In this document: piece after piece, positions 38,118 to 47,257 of the stretch
Layout of the letters: every line of letters starts with the position of its first letter
How positions within the stretch are numbered: the first letter of the stretch is position 1
From: Steroidobacteraceae bacterium
GTDB taxonomy: Bacteria > Pseudomonadota > Gammaproteobacteria > Steroidobacterales > Steroidobacteraceae
NCBI GenBank assembly: GCA_044351225.1
Contig: JBILGD010000001.1
Span: 1 to 54,445, forward strand
Length of the DNA stretch: 54,445 nucleotides
Reading direction: 5' to 3'
Translations under genes and position numbers: made by a program
Notes under the pieces: generated by a model
The model's database searches: none
What the model was told of the DNA's origin: nothing
The model's input: the letters and a program-made list of their open reading frames with translations, nothing else

Positions 38118-38888
38118 TCACAGTCCTCGAGCCACGAAATGCGGGTTTTCGAAGCCCGCTTTGCCGTAGCGTAGGGCGTGGCCGTCGTCGATCCGGCAGA
38201 CGCTGCCGCCCGCCGCCGCGAGCACGGCATGGCCTGCCGCGATATCCCACTCCATGGTGCGCCCAAGCCGCGGGTAGAGATCCGCGCGCCCTTCGGCCAG
38301 CAGGCAAAGTTTGAGCGATGAGCCGGCGTTGACCCGTGAGGCGACGCGCTGCCCGACGAGAAACGCGTCGAGCGCACGTTCATCACCGTGCGAGCGACTC
38401 GCGACCACCGCGAGTCCGGCCTCCGGGGTAGCGCGGCAGCGGATCGGCTGTCGAGTCGATTCATCGGCGCGCCAGGCGCCGTGCCCGAGGAGGCCCGAAT
38501 AAGCGACTCCAAGTGCCGGCGCAAGCACGACGCCGAGTACCGGGACACCGGCTTCGATCAAGGCAATGTTGACCGTGAATTCGCCATTGCGATCGATGAA
38601 CTCGCGCGTGCCATCGAGCGGATCCACCAGCCAGAAACGCCGGGCGGGATCGATGGTGGGGATGCGCCCGGCAGCCACCGACTCTTCGGCCACGACGGGA
38701 ATCGACGCATCCAGAGAGGCCAGCCCTTCGAGGATAAGCGCCTCGGCTTGCTGATCGGCAAGGGTGACCGGGGTAGCGTCGGACTTGGTGTCGACCGTGA
38801 ATTCGCTGCGATAAATGCGCAGTACCACCTCGGCGGCGCGGTGGGCGATCTGCTCGACAACTTCCAGCAAGCGAAGATCGGGCGACAT
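38118..38888 (-). CDS. cysQ: 3'(2'),5'-bisphosphate nucleotidase CysQ
   Basis: Inositol monophosphatase fold motifs: TKSDATPVTLADQ, FWLVDPLDGTREF, WDIAAGHAV. 256 aa. Confidence 0.85.
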   Translation of the reverse strand: MSPDLRLLEVVEQIAHRAAEVVLRIYRSEFTVDTKSDATPVTLADQQAEALILEGLASLDASIPVVAEESVAAGRIPTIDPARRFWLVDPLDGTREFIDRNGEFTVNIALIEAGVPVLGVVLAPALGVAYSGLLGHGAWRADESTRQPIRCRATPEAGLAVVASRSHGDERALDAFLVGQRVASRVNAGSSLKLCLLAEGRADLYPRLGRTMEWDIAAGHAVLAAAGGSVCRIDDGHALRYGKAGFENPHFVARGL

Positions 38889-38894
38889 GGAGTG

Positions 38895-38940
38895 GATTAT
38901 AGCTTGTAATTAAATAATTAATAGACATAACATTCATCAA
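38895..38940. promoter_or_regulatory. AT-rich divergent control region between cysQ and the cysD operon
   Basis: Sharp local AT island in GC-rich DNA. TAATTAA-A-TAATTAA direct repeat (38907-38921), each unit containing the palindrome TAATTA. Confidence 0.45.
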
Positions 38941-38947
38941 TCCGGTC

Positions 38948-39793
38948 ATGGGGTTAGATATCACGGTGGTGGATTCGGTAGCGTCTCAGAGCCAACAGCA
39001 GCGGCATCAGGCCGTGCGTATGCGCTTGGCCGGTACGCCGCTGGCCGAGATCGCCCTGAGCACCGGGTTGAGCGCGCCCACCGTCATCAACGCGGTACGC
39101 GCGTTTCGTCGCGGCGGTTGGGCGGCGATCGAGGTGCGCGTACGGGGCCGTCCTCCGGGTCATTGCGCGTTGTCGCGTGACGAGGAGCAGCGTCTGGTCG
39201 CACAGCTCCTGCACGAGCCGCCACCGACGGGCGAATTGTGGGACGCCGCGCGGGCCGCCAGTCTGGCGCACAGCCGCTACGGCAAGCGGGTGCAGGGTCG
39301 GGCGTTGAGTCGGCTGCTCAGCCGGGCGGGTTTGGCGCTGCCCACGCTGGCCGAGCGCGCCGCGCGCGATCCCGAGCTTGGCGAATGGCATCGCGACTAC
39401 CTAACGCCGTTGTTGCACAGCACGCGTCGGCACGCGGGCGAAGTCATCTGGTGCGGCGAGTGGTGTGGCGAGTGGCAGGGCGAGCGCGCGCCGGGTGGGT
39501 CGACGCCCACGCGTCTGCTCGTTGCGCAGACACTGCGCGGCACGCTCGCCTGGATGCCGTCATCGCGGCCCTTTGGGATCGAGACATGGCTGGATTTTCT
39601 CGCGCGTATCGCGGGTCATTGGCCGGCGACTCGCGGTGTACTTTGGCATGGCATCGCCGTGTCGCATCCCGCGCTGCAGGAGCAGGCGCAGCGGTCGGGG
39701 CTGACCCTGCATGCCGCGCCGCGTTCGCCGGGCGAAGGATCGCGCCGCATCCGAGCCGGCGACCCGACAAAGAATTCATCGTCGATTTTTCCG
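38948..39793 (+). CDS. IS630-like transposase-derived HTH protein, degenerate; no stop codon of its own, in frame with cysD
   Basis: [30 protein letters not shown]; second HTH ...[25 protein letters not shown]. The DDE_3-like core has its expected acidic residues replaced ([14 protein letters not shown]) and is truncated at APRSPGEG. Recognised by recall of the family pattern, not by a search. Confidence 0.5.
39449..39484 (+). repeat. in-frame 3 x 12-nt tandem repeat ([12 protein letters not shown])
   Basis: TGGTGCGGCGAG / TGGTGTGGCGAG / TGGCAGGGCGAG, contiguous. Confidence 0.9.
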
Positions 39794-40717
39794 ATGGCCA
39801 CACGAAGTCAACAACCCGTGAAACCCATTCATCTGCAGCGACTCGAGGCCGAAAGCATCCACATCATGCGCGAGGTGATCGCCGAGGCCGAGCGGCCAGT
39901 GCTGCTCTATACGGCGGGCAAGGACAGCGCCACCATGCTGCACATCGCACGCAAGGCGTTCTTTCCGGCGCCGCCGCCATTTCCGCTGCTGCATGTCGAC
40001 ACCACGTGGGAATTTCGCGACATGTACGCGATGCGCGAGCAGGTCGCGCGCGACTACGGCATGCAGCTCATCGTGCATCGCAACCCCGAGGCGTTGCGGC
40101 TCGGCATCAACCCCTTTACCCACGGCTCGCAGATTCATGCGGATCTTTGGAACACCGAGGGCTTGCGTCAGGCGCTCGATGCGCATCGCTTCGACATCGC
40201 CTTTGGCGGCGCACGGCGCGATGAGGAAAAATCGCGCGCCAAGGAGCGCGTATTTTCGTTTCGCACCGCGCAGCATCGCTGGGACCCGAAGAATCAGCGC
40301 CCCGAGTTGTGGAACCTGTACAACGCCCGCAAGAAACCGGATGAGTCGATCCGTGTCTTTCCGCTCTCCAACTGGACCGAGCTCGACATCTGGCAGTACA
40401 TCCTGCTCGAGAACGTGCCGATCGTGCCGCTGTATCTCGCGCGCGAGCGGCCGGTCGTGGAGCGCAATGGTGCGCTCATCATGGTGGATGACGAGCGTAT
40501 GCCTCTACAGCCCGGCGAAGTGCCGGTGATGCGCAAGGTGCGCTTTCGTACGCTCGGTTGCTATCCCTTGACCGCGGCTGTGGCCAGCGAGGCCGAGACG
40601 CTGCCCGAGGTAATCGAAGAAATCTTTCGTGCGCGCACCAGCGAGCGACACGGTCGCTTGATCGATCACGACGGTCCCGCGTCGATGGAGCGCAAGAAGC
40701 AGGAAGGGTATTTCTGA
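39794..40717 (+). CDS. cysD: sulfate adenylyltransferase subunit 2
   Basis: From ATG 39794 the product is collinear with E. coli CysD end to end: [92 protein letters not shown], ...[11 protein letters not shown]. Confidence 0.9.
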   Translation: MATRSQQPVKPIHLQRLEAESIHIMREVIAEAERPVLLYTAGKDSATMLHIARKAFFPAPPPFPLLHVDTTWEFRDMYAMREQVARDYGMQLIVHRNPEALRLGINPFTHGSQIHADLWNTEGLRQALDAHRFDIAFGGARRDEEKSRAKERVFSFRTAQHRWDPKNQRPELWNLYNARKKPDESIRVFPLSNWTELDIWQYILLENVPIVPLYLARERPVVERNGALIMVDDERMPLQPGEVPVMRKVRFRTLGCYPLTAAVASEAETLPEVIEEIFRARTSERHGRLIDHDGPASMERKKQEGYF

Positions 40718-40718
40718 C

Positions 40719-42638
40719 ATGGCGCGCATCAAGAAGATTGACGGCGGGAAGAGTGACGGCGGGGATTGGCTGCGGGCGCAGGACGCCAAGGACCTGCTGC
40801 GTTTCATCACCTGTGGCAGTGTCGATGACGGCAAGAGCACGCTGATCGGTCGGCTGCTGTACGAATCGAAGATGCTGTTCGACGATCAGTTGAGCGCGAT
40901 CGAAGCCGACAGTCGCAAGTGGGGTACGCAGGGCGAGGCGATCGATTTCGCACTGCTCGTCGATGGCCTTGCCGCCGAGCGCGAGCAGGGCATCACCATC
41001 GATGTGGCGTATCGCTTTTTCTCGACCGAGCGACGCAAGTACATCGTGGCCGATACCCCGGGTCATGAGCAGTACACGCGCAACATGGTGACCGGCGCCT
41101 CCACGGCGGATGTCGCCGTGATTCTCATCGATGCGCGCAAGGGTGTGCTCACGCAGACGCGGCGCCATACCTACCTCGTGCAGTTGCTCGGCATTCGCAA
41201 GCTCTTGCTCGCGGTCAATAAAATGGATCTGGTGGGCTACGCGCAGTCGACCTTCGACAAGATCGTTGCCGACTATCAGGACTTTGCGGGCCGTTTGGGT
41301 CTCGAGGACATTGCGGCGGTGCCGGTCTCGGCACTGCAGGGCGACAACATGATCGCACCGAGTCCCCGGATGTCGTGGTATCGCGGCCCGACCCTGATGG
41401 GATATCTCGAAACCGTGGAGGTGGACGCGACGCACCGCGAGCGTGGGCCGCTGCGTTTTCCGGTGCAATGGGTCAATCGCCCGAATCAAGATTTTCGTGG
41501 CTTCGCCGGCACGCTCGCCGGTGGCATCGTCCGCGCGGGCGAGCGCGTTCGCGTGCTGCCCTCGGGGCGCGAGAGCACCGTGGCGCGCATCGTCACCGCC
41601 GAGGGTGATCTGCCGCTTGCCGTCGCCGGGCAGTCGGTCACGCTCACGCTCGCCGATGAGGTCGACGTCTCTCGCGGTGATCTCATTTGTGCGGCCGCAG
41701 AGCCTGCGGAGACCGCGGATCAGTTCGAGACCACGCTCGTGTGGATGCACGATGAGCCGATGCTGCCAGGACGTTCGTATCTGCTCAAGGCAACGAGCCG
41801 AACGACCGGCGCCGTATTCGCTGCGCCGAAACACCGCGTCAATGTCAACACACTCGAAGAGCTCGCCGCCAAGCAACTCGAGCTCAATGAAATCGGCGTC
41901 TGCAATGTCGCGCTCGATCGGCCGATCGCTTTCGATCCGTATACCGTCAATCGCGAGACCGGCGGCTTCATCGTGATCGATCGGCTCACCAACGAGACCG
42001 TCGGCGCCGGCATGATTCATTTCGCGCTGCGCCGCGCGAGCAACATCCATCGTCAGGCGGTAAGCGTCGACAAGCCGGCTCGCGCCGCGCTCAAGCAACA
42101 GCGTCCCGTCGTCGTCTGGTTCACCGGACTTTCCGGCTCGGGCAAGTCGACGATTGCCAATGCACTCGAGAAAAAACTCCTCGCACTCGGTCGTCACAGC
42201 TATCTGCTCGATGGCGACAACGTGCGTCACGGCCTCAACCGCGATCTCGGCTTCACTGCGGCCGATCGCGTCGAAAATATCCGTCGCATCGGTGAGGTGG
42301 CACGGCTGATGGTGGATGCGGGGCTCATCGTACTGACGGCCTTCATTTCGCCGTATCGCGCGGAGCGGCAAATGGCGCGGGCGCTCTTCGCGGAGGGCGA
42401 GTTCATCGAGGTGTATGTGGATACGCCACTCGATGTTGCTGAGCGCCGCGATGTGAAAGGGCTCTATCGCAAGGCGCGGCGCGGCGAGCTGAAGAACTTT
42501 ACCGGCATCGACGCGCCCTACGAGGCGCCGACTGCACCCGAGTTGCGTCTCGATACGGTTGGCTACACCGCGGAGGAAGCCGCCGAGCATGTTCTCGCCC
42601 TGCTCCGGGAGCGCGGTATCCTGCAGTCCGGAGGGTGA
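40719..42638 (+). CDS. cysNC: bifunctional sulfate adenylyltransferase subunit 1 / adenylylsulfate kinase (CysN-CysC fusion)
   Basis: GTPase G1 [10 protein letters not shown]3 DTPGHEQY, G4 NKMD. C-terminal APS kinase P-loop [14 protein letters not shown] and [11 protein letters not shown]. The start lies 1 nt after the cysD stop. Confidence 0.95.
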   Translation: MARIKKIDGGKSDGGDWLRAQDAKDLLRFITCGSVDDGKSTLIGRLLYESKMLFDDQLSAIEADSRKWGTQGEAIDFALLVDGLAAEREQGITIDVAYRFFSTERRKYIVADTPGHEQYTRNMVTGASTADVAVILIDARKGVLTQTRRHTYLVQLLGIRKLLLAVNKMDLVGYAQSTFDKIVADYQDFAGRLGLEDIAAVPVSALQGDNMIAPSPRMSWYRGPTLMGYLETVEVDATHRERGPLRFPVQWVNRPNQDFRGFAGTLAGGIVRAGERVRVLPSGRESTVARIVTAEGDLPLAVAGQSVTLTLADEVDVSRGDLICAAAEPAETADQFETTLVWMHDEPMLPGRSYLLKATSRTTGAVFAAPKHRVNVNTLEELAAKQLELNEIGVCNVALDRPIAFDPYTVNRETGGFIVIDRLTNETVGAGMIHFALRRASNIHRQAVSVDKPARAALKQQRPVVVWFTGLSGSGKSTIANALEKKLLALGRHSYLLDGDNVRHGLNRDLGFTAADRVENIRRIGEVARLMVDAGLIVLTAFISPYRAERQMARALFAEGEFIEVYVDTPLDVAERRDVKGLYRKARRGELKNFTGIDAPYEAPTAPELRLDTVGYTAEEAAEHVLALLRERGILQSGG

Positions 42639-42641
42639 CCC

Positions 42642-43805
42642 ATGTCGATGAGTGAAGTTGGAAGTTTCGAGGAAATTCGTTCTGCGGTGCGTGCGCTCTG
42701 CGCGCAGTTCCCGGACGAGTATTTCCGCAAGATCGATGCCGAGCGGGGTTACCCCACCGAGTTCGTGAGCGCGCTGACGCAGGCGGGCTGGCTCGCGGCG
42801 CTCATTCCCCAAGAGTATGGCGGTTCGGGACTCTCGCTTGCCGAGGCCTCCGTCATCATGGAGGAGATCAATCGCTCGGGCGGTAACTCCGGTGCGTGCC
42901 ACGGGCAGATGTACGTCATGAACGTGCTGGTCCGTTACGGCAGCGAGATCCAGCGCCGCAATTTTCTGCCCAAGATCGCCACGGGCGAGCTGCGCATGCA
43001 ATCGATGGCCGTGACGGAACCGACCACCGGCACCGACACCACCAAGCTCAAGACCACGGCGGTACGCAAGGGCGATCGTTACGTCATCAACGGACAGAAG
43101 GTGTGGACATCGCGGGTACAGAACTCCGATCTCATTGTGTTGCTCGCCCGCACGACGCCGCTCGCCGAAGTGCAGCGCAAGGCCGACGGTCTGTCGGTGT
43201 TTCTGGTCGATATCCGCGAAGCGCTCGGCAAGGGGCTCACGCTGCGCCCGATCCCCAACATGGTCAATCACGAGACCAACGAGCTTTTCTTTGACAACCT
43301 CGAGATCCCGGCCGAGAACCTCATCGGCGAGGAAGGTAAAGGATTCCGCTATATCCTCGATGGCCTCAATGCCGAGCGCGTGCTGATCGCCGCCGAGTGC
43401 ATCGGTGATGCCTACTGGTTCGTCGAGCGGTCGACCAAATACGCCAATGAGCGTGTCGTGTTCGACCGACCGATCGGTAAGAACCAGGGTGTGCAATTTC
43501 CGATCGCCGAAAGCTACATCGAGACCGAGGCGGCGAGCCTGATGCGTTATCGGGCGTGTGAGCTTTACGATGCGAAGAAGCCCTGCGGCGCCGAGGCCAA
43601 CATGGCCAAGTACCTCGCCGCCAAGGCCTCGTGGGAAGCGGCGAACGCGTGTCTGCAAACGCACGGTGGATTCGGCTTCGCTTGCGAATACGACGTCGAG
43701 CGCAAATTCCGCGAGACGCGGCTCTATCAGGTGGCGCCGATCTCCACCAATCTGATTTTGTCCTACATCGCCGAGCACGAGCTCGGTCTGCCGCGCTCGT
43801 ACTAG
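42642..43805 (+). CDS. acyl-CoA dehydrogenase family flavoprotein (non-canonical catalytic-base motif)
   Basis: ACAD fold pattern (...MAVTEPTTGTDTTKLKTTAVRKGDRYVINGQKVWTS...). GGAGGG Shine-Dalgarno; the start lies 3 nt after the cysNC stop. The C-terminal motif reads RLYQVAPIS where classical ACADs have R-x-Y-E-G-T. Confidence 0.8.
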   Translation: MSMSEVGSFEEIRSAVRALCAQFPDEYFRKIDAERGYPTEFVSALTQAGWLAALIPQEYGGSGLSLAEASVIMEEINRSGGNSGACHGQMYVMNVLVRYGSEIQRRNFLPKIATGELRMQSMAVTEPTTGTDTTKLKTTAVRKGDRYVINGQKVWTSRVQNSDLIVLLARTTPLAEVQRKADGLSVFLVDIREALGKGLTLRPIPNMVNHETNELFFDNLEIPAENLIGEEGKGFRYILDGLNAERVLIAAECIGDAYWFVERSTKYANERVVFDRPIGKNQGVQFPIAESYIETEAASLMRYRACELYDAKKPCGAEANMAKYLAAKASWEAANACLQTHGGFGFACEYDVERKFRETRLYQVAPISTNLILSYIAEHELGLPRSY

Positions 43806-43826
43806 GCGTTCGTCACTGAGTGTTCG

Positions 43827-44603
43827 TTACGGACCACCGGGCGGCGGAGATGCATCGCAACCGCAATGTTCGAGCACGAAGCGGGCGGCCGCCGCACCGC
43901 TCTCGGCATAGTGCACGAGCGAGCGATCGGTTTCCGCGATGAAACCCTCGGCGACGAGCATGTCGAGCGGTACCACCTGATCCCAATAATCTTTGCCCAC
44001 GAGCACGATGGGTATGGGTGCGATGGTGCGTGTGGAGACGAGATTGAGCGCCTCGTAGACCTCATCGAGCGTCCCGAAACCGCCGGGCATGGCGACGAGG
44101 GCTCGCGCGCGAAACATGAAGTGCATCTTGCGTAGCGCAAAGTAACGAAACTGAAAGGCGAGCCCCGGCGTGATGTAGGGATTCGGGAACTGTTCGTGGG
44201 GCAGGCGAATGTTGAAACCGACCGTCGGGGCGCCGGCCTCGCTCGCACCGCGATTGGCCGCTTCCATCAATCCAGGTCCGCCACCGGTCGCGATCACGAG
44301 GCGATGGCAGCCCGGCGAATGCAAAGCGCCTCGGCTGACGTCGTAGCCGAAGCGTCGAGCTTCCTCATAGTATTGTCTGTGCACCGCGGTCGCCTGCGGC
44401 GATTCGGGTGGCGGGATGCGTGCGCTGCCGAACGCCACCACCGTGCTCTCGATCCCGTAGGCGCGCAAATAGGTGTCAGCACGGTGAAATTCGAGCGCCA
44501 ATCGAAACGCCCGAGCGTGATCGCTCTCGAGAAAGTCGCCGTCGTCTTCGGCGAGGCGGTAGCTCGGGCTCGAGAGAATTTCCTTCAGGCGATCGGAGTC
44601 CAT
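43827..44603 (-). CDS. LOG family / TIGR00730 Rossmann-fold nucleotide-binding protein
   Basis: GGGPGLMEAANRGA and PGGFGTLDEVYEAL motifs. Start moved to ATG 44603 (MDSDRLKEIL...). Confidence 0.8.
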   Translation of the reverse strand: MDSDRLKEILSSPSYRLAEDDGDFLESDHARAFRLALEFHRADTYLRAYGIESTVVAFGSARIPPPESPQATAVHRQYYEEARRFGYDVSRGALHSPGCHRLVIATGGGPGLMEAANRGASEAGAPTVGFNIRLPHEQFPNPYITPGLAFQFRYFALRKMHFMFRARALVAMPGGFGTLDEVYEALNLVSTRTIAPIPIVLVGKDYWDQVVPLDMLVAEGFIAETDRSLVHYAESGAAAARFVLEHCGCDASPPPGGP

Positions 44604-44954
44604 TGGGTATCGACGAGTCAGCTGAAATCGCGAAGTAAGACGAGTCTCACACACGTCGTTCGTCAGGGCAATTCGGTGCAGCATGATCTGCGGCGGACGC
44701 CGCACGTAATCGTCGGTCAGAGGCGCCGATTACGGATCGCGTTTGAAACATTGGATTTACGGCAGGTTCGCGGAACGCGCTTCACGAAACCGCGGGATCG
44801 ACCGTACTCGCGCCCACGAAAAAAAGGTGTCGAAACACGAAATGGCAGGCCACGGTCGATCGCTGCACATTAGTCTCAGCAGATAGCAGGTCCGCCACCG
44901 AGCCGTGCTGCGCAGGGTGGCGACGCACATGCCTTTGTCAGACACGGAGGATTC

Positions 44955-45842
44955 ATGTCCAGATTTCGCATGTTGGTTCCGGCATTGACCCTTGGCTTTA
45001 CGCTCATCTCTGCCTCCCCGTCGGCCGCTCCCGCTGGTCCTGAAGTGCGCAAGCAGACGATGCAGGTCTTCCAGCGCATCTTCTGCGGCGACAAGGGAAG
45101 GGGTGTGGCGTTTCTGTATGCCCAGGGCAGGGCATACGGGCATGTCGAGGGTATTCGCGATCAAAAGTTATTTGATGTTGATGTTTATGCGGTGCAGCAA
45201 TGTGGGCCCCTGCCAAGTTCAATCAACGATTCCGGATTTCGTCTCACGTCGAAGGAAATCCTGTTCTACCGGGACCCGACGACGGGAGAAGTTCTCAAGA
45301 CATGGAAGAACCCCTACACGGGTCAGACAGTCGAGGTCAATCACGCTGCTAATGACCCGGTGAATGGCAACTACACATCGGCCGTGTTTTTCGACGGCAT
45401 ATTGCCGAATAGTGTGCGGCGGACCAAGGAGCTCTACACGCTGAGTTATGAGGCCAATCAGTTTTACGAGAACCCGCTCGGCGGCGATTACCAGAAATAC
45501 GTGGGTGGCATGTATCGCGCCACCGAGATGATCAACTGGTTCGTAAACACAGGCGATCTCGATCGTCTCGCAGCGGACGCCTATCTGCCCTCCCATTTCA
45601 GTTGGGCGCGGATTTCACAGTGGCTGCCGTGGATGGAGATGGGCGGGCGACCGGGATATTTCTACGTGCACACGGTCGGTCAGAAGTTCATGCGATACGA
45701 GGATCTTCCGCAGTCCGTTCGAGCTGAGGTGGAAGCAAACTATCGCGATTTCCTGACTCCGCCGCCGCTCGAAGATACTCGCCCCAACGATACGAGCTGG
45801 AAGTTTTTCAAGCGAGCCATCGATGCCCGGACGAAAAAGTAG
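44955..45842 (+). CDS. secreted DUF1838 family protein
   Basis: Signal peptide MSRFRMLVPALTLGFTLISASPSAA. The block ILFYRDPTTGEVLKTWKNPYTGQTVEVNHAANDPVN matches my recollection of the DUF1838 signature. A/T-ending codons are visibly more frequent than in the core genes. Confidence 0.6.
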   Translation: MSRFRMLVPALTLGFTLISASPSAAPAGPEVRKQTMQVFQRIFCGDKGRGVAFLYAQGRAYGHVEGIRDQKLFDVDVYAVQQCGPLPSSINDSGFRLTSKEILFYRDPTTGEVLKTWKNPYTGQTVEVNHAANDPVNGNYTSAVFFDGILPNSVRRTKELYTLSYEANQFYENPLGGDYQKYVGGMYRATEMINWFVNTGDLDRLAADAYLPSHFSWARISQWLPWMEMGGRPGYFYVHTVGQKFMRYEDLPQSVRAEVEANYRDFLTPPPLEDTRPNDTSWKFFKRAIDARTKK

Positions 45843-45893
45843 GGCGAGTTTTACAGATCGATGGGGTCGAGTGCCTGCGATCGTTTTCAGTCG

Positions 45894-46301
45894 CTAGCTC
45901 GGGCTCAACTTGCTGACGAGACGAGCTCCCGCGGTCGCTATTTCCTCATCCTGCTCGGGTGTTGCACCCGATACGCCGACGGCGCCGACGCAGTCGCTGC
46001 CGATCATCAGCGGCACTCCGCCGCCAAGTGGAGTCATGCTGAGTGCGAGGAGGCCCGGCATGTCGTGGAGACGTCCAGCGAGCGAGGAGGTGCGATTGCG
46101 GGTGATAGCGGCAGTGCGCGCCTTGCCCGTTGCGGAGTCAAGCGTCGACACGCGTGCATCAAGTCGCTCGAGATACAGCATGTATCCGCCATCGTCGCTG
46201 ATGACGATAGTCACGGGAACACCAATGGTGGTCGCCGCGGTACGACACGCCGCAGCGATTTCGTCGACGTCATCCGCTGAAAGGCAGGGCTTGTCACGCA
46301 T
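45894..46301 (-). CDS. GlcG/HbpS-like (DUF336) heme-binding-fold protein
   Basis: MRDKPCLSADDVDEIAAA... PVTIVISDDGGYMLYLERLD ... GGGVPLMIGSDCVGAVGVSGATPEQDEEIA. Confidence 0.8.
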   Translation of the reverse strand: MRDKPCLSADDVDEIAAACRTAATTIGVPVTIVISDDGGYMLYLERLDARVSTLDSATGKARTAAITRNRTSSLAGRLHDMPGLLALSMTPLGGGVPLMIGSDCVGAVGVSGATPEQDEEIATAGARLVSKLSPS

Positions 46302-46319
46302 GGGGTTTGTCCTCGATTG

Positions 46320-46715
46320 TCACGTGCGCAGCGCAGCACGCCCTGCGCTTGCGATTTGTTCGTCCTGTTCGGACTTTGCACCTGATACGCCAATGGCTCC
46401 AACGCAGTCGCTGCCAATCATCAGTGGCAGACCGCCCTGGATCGCCATAAAGCCGAGCGCCGCCATCGCCGGGTTTTCCTTGACTCTCTGTTCTAGCCAC
46501 GCGGTGCTGTTGCGCATGAGCGCTGCTGCGCGGGCCTTGCCGACGGCGACGTCGACTGTATGAGTCTTGGCGTCCAGTCGGTGAAGGTACATCAGATGTC
46601 CCGAATCGTCCGTGATCGCCACGGTTACCGCGAGTTGCAGCGTGGAGGCCTCGGCCCGACAGGCTGCCGCGATGTGTCGGACGTCTTCGGTCGTGAGACA
46701 TGGTTTGCGTCGCAT
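46320..46715 (-). CDS. GlcG/HbpS-like (DUF336) protein, tandem paralog
   Basis: Start set at ATG 46715 by alignment with its neighbour (MRRKPCLTTEDVRHIAAA versus MRDKPCLSADDVDEIAAA). QGGLPLMIGSDCVGAIGVSGAKSEQDEQIA. Confidence 0.8.
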   Translation of the reverse strand: MRRKPCLTTEDVRHIAAACRAEASTLQLAVTVAITDDSGHLMYLHRLDAKTHTVDVAVGKARAAALMRNSTAWLEQRVKENPAMAALGFMAIQGGLPLMIGSDCVGAIGVSGAKSEQDEQIASAGRAALRT

Positions 46716-46738
46716 GAATTTCTCGCTCAAGGAGTTCA

Positions 46739-47257
46739 ATGATTATGAGCCGAAACCCCAACATGGTGAATCGATTCGTTGCAGTCAATCCGCAAGATGC
46801 GCTGTCCTTCTGGCAACCGCGGCCTGCCAATGGTCATATTGATCTGATGCTCACGCCGGATCGCACGGGCTGCAATGCGTTCGTTCAGGGCTATCAGACG
46901 ATTGCTCCGCACTGCCTGATTGCGCCGCACCTTCACAAGGAGATTCTTGAGGTGCTGATCTGTCTCAGTGGCGCGGGAAGGATCGTTCTGGATGATCGTG
47001 ACGTAGCGTTCAGCGCGGAAGTGACTTGCTTCGTCGGTCATGATGTTCGCCACTCCGTTGTTAATGATGGGGAGTCGCCGTTGCGGCTGCTGTGGGTGCA
47101 GTTTCCGCCCGGTCATGAGCAGCTCTTCCCGCGTATCGGACGTCCGCGCGCCCTCGGCGATCCTGCGCCGGAGCCCTTCGACCGTCCCGCCGGCGCGGCC
47201 GCATGGTCCAGAGATCTTGGTGTCGATTTCGGTCCCGCGGAAGTACCTGCAGCATGA
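46739..47257 (+). CDS. cupin domain protein
   Basis: Cupin motif 1 APHLHKEILEVLICLSGAG and motif 2 ...GHDVRHSVVNDG. AAGGAG lies just upstream; ATG 46739 or 46745. Confidence 0.75.
   Translation: MIMSRNPNMVNRFVAVNPQDALSFWQPRPANGHIDLMLTPDRTGCNAFVQGYQTIAPHCLIAPHLHKEILEVLICLSGAGRIVLDDRDVAFSAEVTCFVGHDVRHSVVNDGESPLRLLWVQFPPGHEQLFPRIGRPRALGDPAPEPFDRPAGAAAWSRDLGVDFGPAEVPAA

Noticed and set aside
40479-43778. 1099-aa ORF on the minus strand spanning cysD, cysNC and the ACAD-like gene
   Set aside because: It is the antisense frame in which its codon position 1 pairs with codon position 3 of the sense genes; cysNC and the ACAD gene share one frame. In that frame a stop appears only where the sense gene uses TTA, CTA or TCA, which are nearly absent in this GC-rich codon usage. 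The product is Arg/Gly/Leu-rich with no motifs, while the sense genes have unmistakable motifs.
44706-44954. 249-bp gene-free gap upstream of the DUF1838 gene, inspected for a riboswitch, small RNA, att site or small ORF
   Set aside because: I found only short hairpins (for example GCCACC...GGTGGC near 44897-44924) and no recognisable riboswitch core. There is no match to the 3' ends of the three tRNAs in the window and no plus-strand ORF. The minus-strand ORFs 44757..45164 and 44876..45094 overlap the DUF1838 start and look non-coding.
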